A stretch of DNA of 64,000 nt from Lytechinus pictus (Eukaryota), in NCBI RefSeq assembly GCF_037042905.1, contig NC_087252.1, positions 11,410,001-11,474,000 on the forward strand, read 5' to 3'. Below, one piece after another: positions 61,721-64,000 of the stretch. Under the pieces are notes generated by a model. That model worked only from the letters and a program-made list of their open reading frames with translations. It was not told where the DNA came from and did no database searches. A program made the position numbers and the translations under genes. Positions within the stretch are counted from its first letter, which is position 1; each line of letters starts with the position of its first letter.

Positions 61721-62709
61721 TCACCTGAATTCTGATACTCATAATTCCTATTCTGTGATTGTTTTTGTAACTCCCAACACTGTGCCTGGATATGACCAGG
61801 TCTACCACAGTAGAAACAACTTCGATTACGTTTCTGTCTTGTATACTTTGGAGCTGCTTGGGTCTTCCTAGCCAATAACTCTGATAATTGTTCTTGCTGA
61901 CGCTCCATAATAGTTTGCTGCTGCAATACACATTTTTCTAATGCAGCTTGTTGTTGTACCAAATGATGAATCAAACTACTATCCGTGTGCATGTTACTAG
62001 TACTAGCTATCCTTTCAGGACAATCATCAACTGACACCTCATATACCAATCCACGTTTATTGGACATACCCTCTACCTTTGTGTCAAAGCTTTCCAACAA
62101 ATCTGAGGCATAATCTCTGATCTCTAAAAATGTTTTATCAGGATTAGCCAATCGGATACGCCGTAACTCTAGGCGTATGCTATTGCTACGTGCACCAGCC
62201 ACAAACTTGTCAATAAGGGCAGAATCCCTAAGGCCTTTGTGTGCCTCTTTTTCCCTATCTGGTGCTACATCTATGATAGCATCATACATGCACATTAAAG
62301 CCCTTGAAAACTCATCCAAAGACTCCCCCTCCTTCTGAACTCTTTCATGAAATCTCTTCTTGAGGGTTTGAGTAGTATCTTTAGATCCAAAATGACGTGT
62401 TAACAAAGAAAGCAAAGTATCTAGATCATCTGAAGAGACAGAGTGACATCTGATTTCCTGGCGTGCAGCCCCATCTAAATGATTCAAAATAACTTGGGCT
62501 TTCTGTGTTATGGGAATCTCACATTGATCACAAAAAATATCCACTTCTTCCAACCATTGCGATAATGTTAAATCTCCCACAGAAGTTTTACCTGAAAATC
62601 GTGGTAATTTGGGGGCACGCAGATGTGTCACTCTACCTCCTTGCACATTTAAGGCATTAGTAATACCTGTTATCAATTTGTCAACTAACTCATCAGAACT
62701 TTCAGCCAT
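61696..62709 (-). CDS. gag: Gypsy Gag (capsid-like domain plus CCHC zinc knuckle)
   Basis: MAESSDEL..KLPRFSG..Q.EGESLDEF..CFYCGRPGHIQAQC. The first ATG is at 62709. Confidence 0.92.
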   Translation of the reverse strand: MAESSDELVDKLITGITNALNVQGGRVTHLRAPKLPRFSGKTSVGDLTLSQWLEEVDIFCDQCEIPITQKAQVILNHLDGAARQEIRCHSVSSDDLDTLLSLLTRHFGSKDTTQTLKKRFHERVQKEGESLDEFSRALMCMYDAIIDVAPDREKEAHKGLRDSALIDKFVAGARSNSIRLELRRIRLANPDKTFLEIRDYASDLLESFDTKVEGMSNKRGLVYEVSVDDCPERIASTSNMHTDSSLIHHLVQQQAALEKCVLQQQTIMERQQEQLSELLARKTQAAPKYTRQKRNRSCFYCGRPGHIQAQCWELQKQSQNRNYEYQNSGDLNAKPPL

Positions 62710-63590
62710 CTTGATCACTGGATTAAAGTATTCAAAACTAAAATTTTTGAACAGACTAGTCACCACTCAAAATGTCATATTGCATATTGTTTCAAAGTCT
62801 TCTGGTAATGATGCGGTTGTCATTTCTCAAAATAATCTTCTTGTTCTTCAGATTCATGTACACTCACTTCTAAATTGATGTGACTTGTAAAAAAAATCAA
62901 TCATGCCATTCTATAGTAGAGTCTCCTCCATTTATTCTGCATCAGAAAGATGATTAAAGCTTCAATGTAACACAAAATTGCAAACTCAAAACAGTACTTC
63001 TAGGTCTAGATTTACTCACGCACGCAGTGTTGAACCTCGTTCAATGGGGTCAAATACCATTTTTATCTTCCCTAAATATCCACGCTACTCTCTAGATGAC
63101 GAAACAGCTAGGACAGCTCAAACAAATTCTGCTGGGCTCCTCAGTCAGCAAATGCTTTTCACAGAACGAAGAATTTACTCTCAGTCTCAAAAAGAAGTAG
63201 TAAACATCACCGGTATTCCGTAACTGCAACTTCCAGTTCCACCTTAGATAGTTGATATTGCAGACACAGAGGATAGATGTGACTGTACCACTTGACTAGC
63301 CTGGAGGCTTCTCCACTTCAGCTACAGCACCATCTGACATGTTGTCATGACTCTTTAGTAACGCAGTGCATGCAGGAGCGATAAATAGTCACTATATGCC
63401 TTCCATAAAAGCATTCTATCCTCACTAGTTATCCGAGTTGTATGGACACAGTAGCAGTTTCTTGTATATTCCCATATTTGTTGCAATCATGGAGACAGAA
63501 CACCAATGCCATTGTACTGAAGAAACATTGTCTGAAAACAAGGAGTTTTTATCCAGTTTCTAATTCTAGAACCCCATCCGTACTACCAGT

Positions 63591-63963
63591 TGAAATAGAC
63601 GGGGAACAAAATAACGATACAGATCAGAAAGTTATTTTGATATTCACTTTATTCAGCTTTTAACTCCAATATAGTCTTCAGACTTTACAAGAACCGAGTT
63701 CACATACAACTACATGTACAAGAGCATGAAGAGTCAACTGCCAGGTTACTTAGCATGGTACATATGTTGTCTACTCTCTCAATACATACATGTATCAATG
63801 GTCCTGTTCAGGACACGCCTCATATAAACCAAACCAAGAATGTTTCTATTCATAAGCACCTTGCCTGGTGCTGGCATACAATACAGGCATACAATACAAT
63901 TCACTTCAGGCTCTACATGTATGCCCAAGAGTTATGCCTGCACCTGTTATTCATATCACTACA
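63591..63963 (-). repeat. 5' LTR
   Basis: TG...CA ends, followed on the minus strand by AC-TGGTAG.. (PBS-like). Confidence 0.95.
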
Positions 63964-64000
63964 CAATAAAAAAAGAAATAGTGAGTGATGGACATCATCA

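Larger units (their letters stand above)
56494..63963 (-). mobile_element. Full-length Ty3/Gypsy LTR retrotransposon
   Basis: Two 373-bp TG..CA LTRs, a PBS-like TGGTAGTACGGATGGGGTTC, a PPT (AAAGTAGGGGAGAAT), gag, and pol in PR-RT-RH-INT order. Confidence 0.97.

Overview
AT-rich, repeat-dominated animal genomic DNA, most likely an invertebrate deuterostome such as a sea urchin (inferred from repeat types and intronless GPCR style; not verified). From left to right: (1) a decayed L1/Tx1-type LINE (~430-7860) with a Helentron-type (HINE/Tsp-like) insert and a young 5'-truncated CR1-group LINE nested inside it. (2) A ~12.5-kb foldback-like structure (8522-21026) whose arms are inverted 181/191-bp satellite arrays; only the left arm has a 1317-bp higher-order repeat. 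(3) A PIF/Harbinger element with a spliced DDE transposase (5' part not found) facing an intact 3-exon Myb/SANT gene, plus the right TIR. (4) Many MITEs and a tRNA-derived SINE. (5) A tandem pair of intronless rhodopsin-class GPCR genes, one of them frameshifted. (6) A 7.5-kb non-coding element with split direct repeats (A1..B1A2..B2) integrated through a 2-bp AA core without a normal TSD, resembling tyrosine-recombinase retroelements. (7) A full-length, apparently very young Gypsy LTR retrotransposon with a -1 frameshift/pseudoknot, whose integrase region is triplicated in a zig-zag inverted arrangement. All calls are made by eye; no database searches were run.
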